From Eubacteriales bacterium (lineage in GTDB: Bacteria > Bacillota > Clostridia > Oscillospirales > CAG-272), in the NCBI GenBank assembly GCA_045644865.1, contig JAZRHS010000019.1, positions 1 to 39,232 on the forward strand: a DNA stretch of 39,232 bases, read 5' to 3'. The position numbers and the translations under genes are program-made. The notes under the pieces are model-generated. The model searched no databases. It saw nothing but the letters and a program-made list of their open reading frames with translations, and was not told where the DNA came from. This document shows, one piece after another, positions 24,412-31,479 of the stretch (positions are counted from its first letter, which is position 1; every line of letters begins with the position of its first letter).

Positions 24412-24471
24412 TTAAAGGGAAAAGTTTGTAATAAGGGGTTGATTATTTCTATCTGTTGAGGTAAAATATAT

Positions 24472-25941
24472 ATGATACTTTTTGAAAGTGAGACCGAAAT
24501 GGATAGAAATAAAAAACTTTTGTCAAATACATTTATTCTCGCCCTTGGTACCTTTGGCTCAAAGCTGCTGGTCTTCTTGATGATGCCACTGTATACCGCG
24601 GTGCTTTCAAGCGGAGAGTTCAGTGTTGCAGACCTTATTTCACAGACCGCTAACCTGCTTATACCGCTTGCTTGCGTGGGTATAGTTGACGGAATTTTCA
24701 GGTTTGCCATTGATGGGGCAGAGGAGCAGAAAAAGACCTTTTCATCGGGGCTTGCCGTTCTTGCTCTGTCGTCGGCTCTGTTTGCTGTAATTGCGGTAAT
24801 ATTTGAGCTTGCTGGCGTGTCTGGCGGAATCGGTGAGTATGTTTGGCTTGTTGCCTTTTATGTTATCGCGGCCAATTTTCATTCAGCGGTGGCGCAATAT
24901 ATAAGAGCAAAAGGGGACACCTTGCTGTTTTCTGTTGGAGGAATGATAGGCACGGTTCTTACGGTCGCCTTTAATATTTTGTTTCTTATCGTGTTCAGAA
25001 TGGGCGTTCTCGGCTATGTTCTTTCGGTAGTGGTTGCCGATGTAATTATGACGCTTATCCTGTTTTTTGCCGCAAGGCTTTACAGGGATATAGATTTCAG
25101 ATATGTGGATAAAAACAAAATATCTGAGATGCTGAAATACAGTATTCCTATGATACCTACCACGGTTTTCTGGTGGATAACCAATGTATCCGACAGATAT
25201 ATGGTTTCGGCTATGGTCAGCCACGAGGTAAACGGACTTTATTCTGCGGCATATAAGATCCCTACGCTTCTGACGCTTATTTGTATGGTGTTTATGGAGG
25301 CGTGGCAGTTCTCGGCGGTCAGCGAAAATGATGAGAAGGAGCGATCCGATTTTTTCACCTCGGTGTTTGCGTCATATCAGGGAATACTGTTTATGGCAGC
25401 CTCGGTGCTTATTCTTTTTGCAAAGGTAGCCACAGTAATATTGCTTGACCAAAGCTATTATGCTTCGTGGCAGTATATTCCCGTTCTTTCTATCGCTATG
25501 GCTTATTCGGCGATCGTTAACTTTTTAGGAAGCGTGTATCTTGTAAAAAAGAAAAGCGTTATGTCCTTTGTAACCGCAACGGTGGGGGCTGTTGTAAATG
25601 TGGGACTTAACTTCTTGCTTATTCCTGTATTTTCAGCTATGGGCGCGGCTATAGCAACCTTTGCAAGCTATTTTATCGTGATGATAATAAGAGGAATAAA
25701 CACAAGAAAGTATGTTCTTTTTAATATGGGCGTGCCAAAGCTTGTGTTTAACACGCTGGCTTTAGCGGTTCAGGCGGTTGTAATGATACTTGAGGTAGAG
25801 TGTTGGTTGGTTATTGAAATTGCTCTGCTTGCGGCGGTTGTTGCGGTCAATGGAAAGAGCATTTTTCTCGGTATTATCGGAGCGATTAAAAATTTTAGAA
25901 AAAAAGAAAAAAATAAGAAAAATCTTCAAAAAAACTCTTGA
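24472..25941 (+). CDS. Polysaccharide/oligosaccharide flippase (Wzx-like, MOP superfamily)
   Basis: About 12-14 TM segments. The N-terminus KKLLSNTFILALGTFGSKLLVFLMMPLYT is typical of Polysacc_synt proteins. The start may instead be ATG 24499 (MDRNKK). Confidence 0.8.
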   Translation: MILFESETEMDRNKKLLSNTFILALGTFGSKLLVFLMMPLYTAVLSSGEFSVADLISQTANLLIPLACVGIVDGIFRFAIDGAEEQKKTFSSGLAVLALSSALFAVIAVIFELAGVSGGIGEYVWLVAFYVIAANFHSAVAQYIRAKGDTLLFSVGGMIGTVLTVAFNILFLIVFRMGVLGYVLSVVVADVIMTLILFFAARLYRDIDFRYVDKNKISEMLKYSIPMIPTTVFWWITNVSDRYMVSAMVSHEVNGLYSAAYKIPTLLTLICMVFMEAWQFSAVSENDEKERSDFFTSVFASYQGILFMAASVLILFAKVATVILLDQSYYASWQYIPVLSIAMAYSAIVNFLGSVYLVKKKSVMSFVTATVGAVVNVGLNFLLIPVFSAMGAAIATFASYFIVMIIRGINTRKYVLFNMGVPKLVFNTLALAVQAVVMILEVECWLVIEIALLAAVVAVNGKSIFLGIIGAIKNFRKKEKNKKNLQKNS

Positions 25942-25966
25942 CAAACAGGTATATATATGGTAAAAT
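25938..25966 (+). promoter_or_regulatory. Strong sigma-A promoter for rplS
   Basis: TTGACA (25938-43), a 17-nt spacer, then extended -10 TGgTAAAAT (25958-66). The flippase TGA stop (25939-41) is embedded in the -35. Confidence 0.7.
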
Positions 25967-26057
25967 AATCGTACTGTGTGCTTTTGTGCACAATTAAAGA
26001 ACAGTCCGCTGCGATGCTCTGCATGAATGTTCTGATTTTTATAGGAGGGCCAAAAAA
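25967..26057 (+). promoter_or_regulatory. Structured rplS 5' leader, candidate L19 ribosomal-protein leader
   Basis: The UTR is about 90 nt. One stem pairs TGTGC (25977-81) with GCACA (25988-92). A longer-range stem pairs AGAACA (25998-26003) with TGTTCT (26028-33), just upstream of the RBS AGGAGGG (26043-49). Confidence 0.35.
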
Positions 26058-26399
26058 ATGGATATTATCAAGGCTTTTACAAGTGAGCAGCTTAAGGAGA
26101 ATGTTCCTACCGTTAATGTTGGTGATACAATTCGTGTTCACAACAAGATCAAGGAAGGATCTCGCGAAAGAGTTCAGATGTTCGAGGGTACCGTTATCGC
26201 AAAGCACGGCGGCGGCATTTCCGAGACATTCACCGTAAGACGCGTTTCTTACGGCTGTGGAGTGGAGAAGACATTCCCCATTCACTCTCCCAATGTTGAG
26301 AAGGTTGACATCATCCGCGTTGGTAAGGTAAGACGTGCAAAGCTTTACTATCTTCGTGATAGAGTTGGTAAGGCATCTAAGGTTAAAGAGAAGATATAA
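26058..26399 (+). CDS. rplS: 50S ribosomal protein L19
   Basis: [43 protein letters not shown] matches L19, and the protein is 113 aa. Confidence 0.97.
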   Translation: MDIIKAFTSEQLKENVPTVNVGDTIRVHNKIKEGSRERVQMFEGTVIAKHGGGISETFTVRRVSYGCGVEKTFPIHSPNVEKVDIIRVGKVRRAKLYYLRDRVGKASKVKEKI

Positions 26400-26420
26400 G
26401 CTTCAAAAACCGAATAAAAA

Positions 26421-26455
26421 AGGTGTGAACGGCTTGTCCGGACACACCTTTTTTA
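26421..26455 (+). terminator. Terminator after rplS
   Basis: AGGTGTG...CACACCT (26421-27 / 26443-49) followed by TTTTTT. Confidence 0.85.
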
Positions 26456-26556
26456 TCTTTTTTGGGAATTTTGGAATTGTAAATATTGTTTGCGGTCGGT
26501 GAGCGGGAGAATGAAGAAAAAAGTTGTCAAATATTAAAAAAATTTTTAAAAATCTA

Positions 26557-26585
26557 TAGACATTTTAAGTAAAATATTATATAAT
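26557..26585 (+). promoter_or_regulatory. Candidate sigma-A promoter of the hydrogenase operon
   Basis: TAGACA (26557-62), a 17-nt spacer, then TATAAT (26580-85). An alternative is TTGTCA (26524-29), 17 nt, TAAAAA (26547-52). The region is AT-rich, so specificity is low. Confidence 0.45.
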
Positions 26586-26717
26586 ATAAAAGTATAGTTA
26601 TATGTAGAAGCGTATAACGCATAAAGCGCGGAGGCGGCGCAAGGCAAAAGCCCCTCGGCGAGAAATTATTTTTTTATCCGCGATAGTTAAAAAAATATCA
26701 ATCAGGAGGTACTATCA

Positions 26718-27212
26718 ATGAAAAAGAAATTGACGACAGTCGAATTTCGCGGCACAAAGGAGCAGGAAGAAAAGCTTCTTGAGGTGATTGCGAAGTACGA
26801 CGGTGTTCCCGGAAAGACAATGCCTATTCTCCAGGAAGCACAGGACATCTACGGATATCTTCCCATAGAGGTTCAGACAATAATTGCCGAAAAGACGGGT
26901 ATTCCGCTGGAGGAGATCTTCGGAATCGCGTCCTTCTACGCGCAGTTCAAGCTTAACCCCAACGGCGAGGTTTCGATTGCAGTTTGTCTTGGAACAGCGT
27001 GCTATGTAAAGGGCTCGGGCGAGATAATCGAGGAGTTCTCAAGGTTGCTTGATCTTCCCGTGGGCAGCACATCTCCCGATGGAAGATATTCTATCGAGGC
27101 AACTCGTTGCATCGGCGCTTGCGGACTTGCTCCCGTTCTTACTGTTAACGGTGATGTTTACGGAAGACTTACCAAGGCTGATGTTGCAGGAATACTTGAA
27201 AAGTATAGATAA
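26718..27212 (+). CDS. hydC: NuoE-like [2Fe-2S] subunit of the bifurcating hydrogenase (HydC/HndA-type)
   Basis: Thioredoxin-like 2Fe-2S fold with CLGTACYVKG...CIGACGLAP. AGGAGG RBS. Confidence 0.85.
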   Translation: MKKKLTTVEFRGTKEQEEKLLEVIAKYDGVPGKTMPILQEAQDIYGYLPIEVQTIIAEKTGIPLEEIFGIASFYAQFKLNPNGEVSIAVCLGTACYVKGSGEIIEEFSRLLDLPVGSTSPDGRYSIEATRCIGACGLAPVLTVNGDVYGRLTKADVAGILEKYR

Positions 27213-27262
27213 TTAAAATTTTCTTGATTTAATGGGTGCTATAGCGCCTTGGAGAAGAAATT

Positions 27263-27613
27263 ATGAAAATAGGTGAAATCAGAGATCTCTTGAACGCTGA
27301 AATCCTTACAGGCGAGGATATGCTTGACTGTGAGGTTTCGTCTGCATTTTGTTGCGATATGATGAGCGATGTTCTCGCGTATGTCAAGGATCAGGGCGTT
27401 CTTGTTACAGGTCTTGTTAATCCCCAGGTTGTTCGTACTGCAAATATGATGGATATAGTTTGCATCGTGTTTGTAAGAGGTAAAGCTCCTACAGAAGAAA
27501 TGCTTGAGCTTGCAAAGGAATGCGACATTGCTGTCCTGCTCACCGACAAGCGTGCGTTTGACACAAGCGGAATTCTTTATATGGCGGGTCTTTCAAGAAG
27601 CATAGAGGGTTAG
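27263..27613 (+). CDS. DRTGG domain protein (116 aa)
   Basis: A small alpha/beta protein. The region DVLAYVKDQGVLVTGLVNPQVVRTANMMDIVCIVFVRG matches the DRTGG-domain pattern. Confidence 0.65.
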   Translation: MKIGEIRDLLNAEILTGEDMLDCEVSSAFCCDMMSDVLAYVKDQGVLVTGLVNPQVVRTANMMDIVCIVFVRGKAPTEEMLELAKECDIAVLLTDKRAFDTSGILYMAGLSRSIEG

Positions 27614-27616
27614 ATT

Positions 27617-28039
27617 ATGTCAGAACCCTTAAGATTTCATTTCGATGTTGACGGCTCCGACTTTTCAAGCGCGGGCGCCGCATCGGTTATGGTTAAGAAA
27701 AAGCTGCGTCAGCTTGGCTATGATCCCGAGGTTATCCGAAAAGTTTCCATCGCTATGTATGAGGGTGAAATAAATATGGTTATTCACGCTAATGGCGGAA
27801 CTGCGGATGTAGAGGTGTCAGACGAGGAGATAGTTATAATCCTTTGCGACAAGGGACCCGGTATACCCGATGTTGAGTTGGCGATGCAGGCGGGATATTC
27901 CACCGCACACGATAATATCCGAAATCTCGGATTTGGCGCGGGAATGGGTATTCCAAATATGATGAAATATACAGACTATATGCATATTGATACTGTTGTA
28001 GGAGAGGGAACTACAGTTACCATGAAGGTTAATTTGTAG
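27617..28039 (+). CDS. GHKL-type ATPase, anti-sigma-factor/Ser-kinase-like (RsbW/SpoIIAB-like), no DHp domain
   Basis: N-box EGEINMVIHA, G1 box DKGPGIP and G2 box GFGAGMGIPN. At 140 aa there is no His phosphoacceptor domain. Confidence 0.75.
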   Translation: MSEPLRFHFDVDGSDFSSAGAASVMVKKKLRQLGYDPEVIRKVSIAMYEGEINMVIHANGGTADVEVSDEEIVIILCDKGPGIPDVELAMQAGYSTAHDNIRNLGFGAGMGIPNMMKYTDYMHIDTVVGEGTTVTMKVNL

Positions 28040-28073
28040 CCCACAAAAAATCAAATAAGCTATCGAGGTACAT

Positions 28074-29405
28074 ATGAAGGCTGCTTACAAACACTCGGTA
28101 TCACTTGATATTGGGAAATGCAAAGGCTGTACAGCCTGCCTTAAACGGTGCCCCACGGAGGCCATTCGAATTCACGAAGGTCATGCCGTGATCAATTCCG
28201 CCAGATGTATCGACTGCGGAGAGTGTATAAGAGTTTGCCCGTCAAAGGCAAAAAAGGCAACTCACGACAGTCTTTCTGTGCTTAATGATTACAAATATAC
28301 CGTGGCACTTCCCGCACCGTCCTTTTACGGGCAGTTTGACAATCTTGACAATATCGGTTATATCATTAAAGGTCTGTTAGACCTTGGCTTTGATGATGTT
28401 TTTGAGGTGGCGTGCGCAGCAGAGCTTGTGAGCGCATATACGCGAAAATACATAAATCGTGAAGATATTAAAAAGCCGATAATCAGTTCTGCCTGTCCGA
28501 CGATAACCAGGTTGATCAGCACCAATTACCCTTATTTGTGTGAAAATATTATGCCTATCCTTCCGCCCATAGATGTTGCGGCAATGCTTGCGCGTGAAAA
28601 GGCGCTTGAGGAGCATCCCGAGCTTGCGCCCGAGGATATAGGAATAATATTTATTTCACCTTGCCCCGCAAAGGTCAGCTATATAAAAAACAACTTTGCA
28701 GGGGAGAGAAATTACATTTCGGCAGTGCTTTCTGTACGAGATGTGTATTTCGCCTTGCTTGACAAAATGAAGAAGGGCGATGCCGAACCGATTGAAGCTA
28801 CAGAATCGGGTATTATAGGCATTGGCTGGGCATCTACAGGCGGAGAGTCCTCTGCCATACTTAATGACAGGTATCTTGCCGCTGACGGTATAGAGAACTG
28901 TATAAGAGTTCTTGACCAGATAGACAGTGCGGATATTACACATCTTGATTTTGTTGAGCTTAACGCGTGTAACGGCGGTTGTGTGGGCGGAGCAATGACG
29001 GTTGCCAATGCGTATATTGCGCAGGCGCGGCTTCAGTCGCTTAAGAGATATTTGCCCATTTCGCCTAACAGACCCGCAAGCGATTGGATTCCCGACAAAT
29101 ATTTCCACGAAAAGAAGGTTGAATATAATCCTTACAGCTCGTTGTCTTCAGACAGAAAGACGGCAATGCAGATGATGCGCGATATCGAGGAGCTTACCAA
29201 AAAGCTTCCCGGACTTGACTGCGGCTCTTGCGGAGCGCCTACCTGTATGGCTTTTGCCGAGGATGTTGTTAAAAAGGAAACCAGCGTTGATGAATGTACC
29301 GTTATTCTTAAGCGCACGCTCAAGGAGTACGGTATAGACAGAGAAATGCTTAACTCGCATCTTATGGATTTTAGAAAAGGGGGCGGCTCAAATGACGGTG
29401 AATGA
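28074..29405 (+). CDS. HydS-like degenerate [FeFe]-hydrogenase H-domain protein (putative sensory, group C-like) with N-terminal 2x[4Fe-4S] and a C-terminal extra Fe-S domain
   Basis: N-terminal clusters CKGCTACLKRCP and CIDCGECIRVCP. H-cluster motifs are SSACP (28485-99) versus TSCCP, SPCPAKVSY versus MPCxxKxxE, and ELNACNGGCVGGAMT (28956-29000) versus ExMACxxGCxxGGGQP. The C-terminal CGSCGAPTC...DEC (29220-97) resembles the RnfB/CdhD-type putative Fe-S domain. Confidence 0.75.
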   Translation: MKAAYKHSVSLDIGKCKGCTACLKRCPTEAIRIHEGHAVINSARCIDCGECIRVCPSKAKKATHDSLSVLNDYKYTVALPAPSFYGQFDNLDNIGYIIKGLLDLGFDDVFEVACAAELVSAYTRKYINREDIKKPIISSACPTITRLISTNYPYLCENIMPILPPIDVAAMLAREKALEEHPELAPEDIGIIFISPCPAKVSYIKNNFAGERNYISAVLSVRDVYFALLDKMKKGDAEPIEATESGIIGIGWASTGGESSAILNDRYLAADGIENCIRVLDQIDSADITHLDFVELNACNGGCVGGAMTVANAYIAQARLQSLKRYLPISPNRPASDWIPDKYFHEKKVEYNPYSSLSSDRKTAMQMMRDIEELTKKLPGLDCGSCGAPTCMAFAEDVVKKETSVDECTVILKRTLKEYGIDREMLNSHLMDFRKGGGSNDGE

Positions 29406-29724
29406 TGTTTGCAGGATCATTGATGCAAAGCCTGTTTGCGGAGAGCTGTCAAAGAGCTTTGACGGTGTGTATATCGGAGATCTTCTCAGCAGGGCTATGA
29501 GCCATGTTGAGAGTGATAATCTCTGGGTTACCATAATGTCAAATGTTAATGTTGTGGCTGTCGCTACTTTGACAGAGCCTGCGGCGATAATTCTTGCCGA
29601 GGGTGTAGAGCTTCAGGACGACGCCCTTGACGGTGCAAGAAAAAATCAGATAACCGTGATTTCAACCGAGCTTTCGGCATATGAGATCGCCGTTAAGCTG
29701 CACCAAGCGGCTTTGGGGATGTGA
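29392..29724 (+). CDS. DRTGG domain protein (110 aa), second copy
   Basis: IGDLLSRAMSHVESDNLWVTIMSNVNVVAVATLTEPAAIILAEG. The gene overlaps its upstream neighbour by 14 nt. Confidence 0.6.
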   Translation: MTVNDVCRIIDAKPVCGELSKSFDGVYIGDLLSRAMSHVESDNLWVTIMSNVNVVAVATLTEPAAIILAEGVELQDDALDGARKNQITVISTELSAYEIAVKLHQAALGM

Positions 29725-29725
29725 T

Positions 29726-30490
29726 ATGAATCTCTATCGGTGCGATCTTCATATCCATTCCTGTCTTTCTCCTTGCGGAGATGAGGATATGACCCCCGGT
29801 AATATAGTTGGAATGGCGCTTCTCAACGGGCTTGAGATAGTCGCGTTGACCGACCATAATACCACAAAAAACTGTCCCGCCTTTTATAAGCTTGCCAAGA
29901 CTCACGGAATTATTCCCGTGGCGGGTGTTGAGCTTACAACATCGGAGGACATTCATGCGGTCTGCCTTTTTCGCTCGCTTGAAGCGGCTATGGATTTTGG
30001 AGAGCTTATAGAAAGCAAAAGAATACGAATTAAAAACCAACCCGAAATTTTCGGAAGGCAGCTTATTGTTAATGAGAATGATGAGGTGTGCGGTGAGGAG
30101 GAGTACCTTCTTATAAACGCGATTAATCTCTCTCTTGATGAAGCCTTTCGTGAGGTAAGCAAGCGTGGCGGTGTGTGCTATCCTGCGCACATTGACAGAA
30201 GCGCAAACGGTATAATTTCGATGCTCGGTGCTTTTCCGCCCGAGCCCGAGTTTACCGTCTTTGAGCTTAAGGAGCTGTCGTCGCTTGACGAATACAGGGC
30301 AAGATTTCCTATATTAAATGAACGGGGCTTGACCTGTGTTGCGGCATCTGACGCCCATTACCTTACGGATATTTCCGAGAGAGGGTTTGAAATTGAGATT
30401 GAGGACGAGCCTTACTCGTCCGATGCCGTCAGAAATAATCTTATAGATTATCTGCTTGGAGTTAAGAAGGGCGGTGAAAAGAATGGATGA
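29726..30490 (+). CDS. PHP-domain metal-dependent phosphoesterase
   Basis: DLHIHSCLSPCGD...VALTDHNT...PAHIDR...ASDAH is the PHP His/Asp metal-ligand series. ATG 29726 lies 1 nt after the upstream TGA. The track start at 29681 overlaps the previous gene. Confidence 0.8.
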   Translation: MNLYRCDLHIHSCLSPCGDEDMTPGNIVGMALLNGLEIVALTDHNTTKNCPAFYKLAKTHGIIPVAGVELTTSEDIHAVCLFRSLEAAMDFGELIESKRIRIKNQPEIFGRQLIVNENDEVCGEEEYLLINAINLSLDEAFREVSKRGGVCYPAHIDRSANGIISMLGAFPPEPEFTVFELKELSSLDEYRARFPILNERGLTCVAASDAHYLTDISERGFEIEIEDEPYSSDAVRNNLIDYLLGVKKGGEKNG

Positions 30491-31040
30491 GTTTTCACTT
30501 TATGTTCTTGATATAACCATGAACTCTGTGAGAGCAGGGGCAAGTGAAATTCTTATTGAGCTTGTTGAAGATGGTGAATGGCTTACCTTTACAGTTACAG
30601 ATAACGGTTGCGGTATGACCGCGGAGCAGGTAGAAAAGCTTTCAAATCCTTTCTTTACCACAAGAACTACCCGCAAGGTGGGGCTTGGTGTTCCGTTTCT
30701 TAAAATGCTTGCGGAAATGACAGGCGGAGAGGTTAAGATCTCCTCTGTTCACGAATCAGTGTCAGTTGAGCACGGCACAACGATACAGGCAAGATTTGGC
30801 AGAAATCATATAGATTTCATTCCCCTTGGGGATATGACTGACACAATAAAAACACTTATTCAAGGAGCTCCCGATATTGATTTTACATATCGGCATATAA
30901 CTAAAAACGGGGAAGTGCTTCTTTCCTGTGCGGATATGAGAGAGATTCTCGGAGATATTCCCTTGAACGAGCCCGAGATACTGAAATGGATAGGCGAAAG
31001 CCTTAATGAGCAGTATAATGAGGTTCGTAAATTCGGTTAA
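30483..31040 (+). CDS. GHKL-type ATPase (histidine-kinase-like ATPase domain only)
   Basis: N-box NSVRAG, G1 box DNGCGM and G2 box GLGVPF. There is no DHp or sensor domain. An ATGGATGA overlap couples it to the PHP gene. Confidence 0.75.
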   Translation: MDEFSLYVLDITMNSVRAGASEILIELVEDGEWLTFTVTDNGCGMTAEQVEKLSNPFFTTRTTRKVGLGVPFLKMLAEMTGGEVKISSVHESVSVEHGTTIQARFGRNHIDFIPLGDMTDTIKTLIQGAPDIDFTYRHITKNGEVLLSCADMREILGDIPLNEPEILKWIGESLNEQYNEVRKFG

Positions 31041-31073
31041 AATTTTTTATATAAAAACGAAAGGATAATTACT

Positions 31074-31445
31074 ATGAAGTCACTTGAAGAGTTGAAGGCA
31101 ATAAAAGCCAAAATGCAGGACAAGGTTGCTCTGCGCACCTCCAGCGGCGACACCCGTATCGTAGTCGGAATGGCAACCTGCGGAATCGCGGCAGGAGCTC
31201 GTCCCGTTCTTAATGCGTTTGTTGAGGGCGTTGCAACAGCGGGAATCGGAGATAGCGTTATCGTTACACAGACAGGATGCATCGGTATCTGCCAGTATGA
31301 GCCTGTTGTTGAGGTTTACAAGGACGGCGCAGAAAAGGTTACTTATGTTAAGATGACCGCTGAGCGCGCAAAGGAAGTTCTTGAAAAGCACATCAAGGGC
31401 GGCGAGATCGTTACCGAGTATACCATTGGCGCATTTGAAAAGTAA
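31074..31445 (+). CDS. Thioredoxin-like [2Fe-2S] ferredoxin subunit
   Basis: VVGMATCGIAAGA...TGCIGICQYEPVV, in a 123-aa protein. Confidence 0.8.
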   Translation: MKSLEELKAIKAKMQDKVALRTSSGDTRIVVGMATCGIAAGARPVLNAFVEGVATAGIGDSVIVTQTGCIGICQYEPVVEVYKDGAEKVTYVKMTAERAKEVLEKHIKGGEIVTEYTIGAFEK

Positions 31446-31479
31446 TTCATAGAAAGTAAATTAGGAGGAATAAATACAA

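Noticed and set aside
26524-26541. Rex-box-like sequence TTGTCAAatatTAAAAAA upstream of the hydrogenase operon (clostridial Rex consensus TTGTTAAnnnnTTAACAA)
   Set aside because: Only about 11 of 14 positions match, and the second half-site is just an A-run in a very AT-rich region. That is not distinguishable from chance without a genome-wide motif model. It is worth rescanning with a proper PWM.
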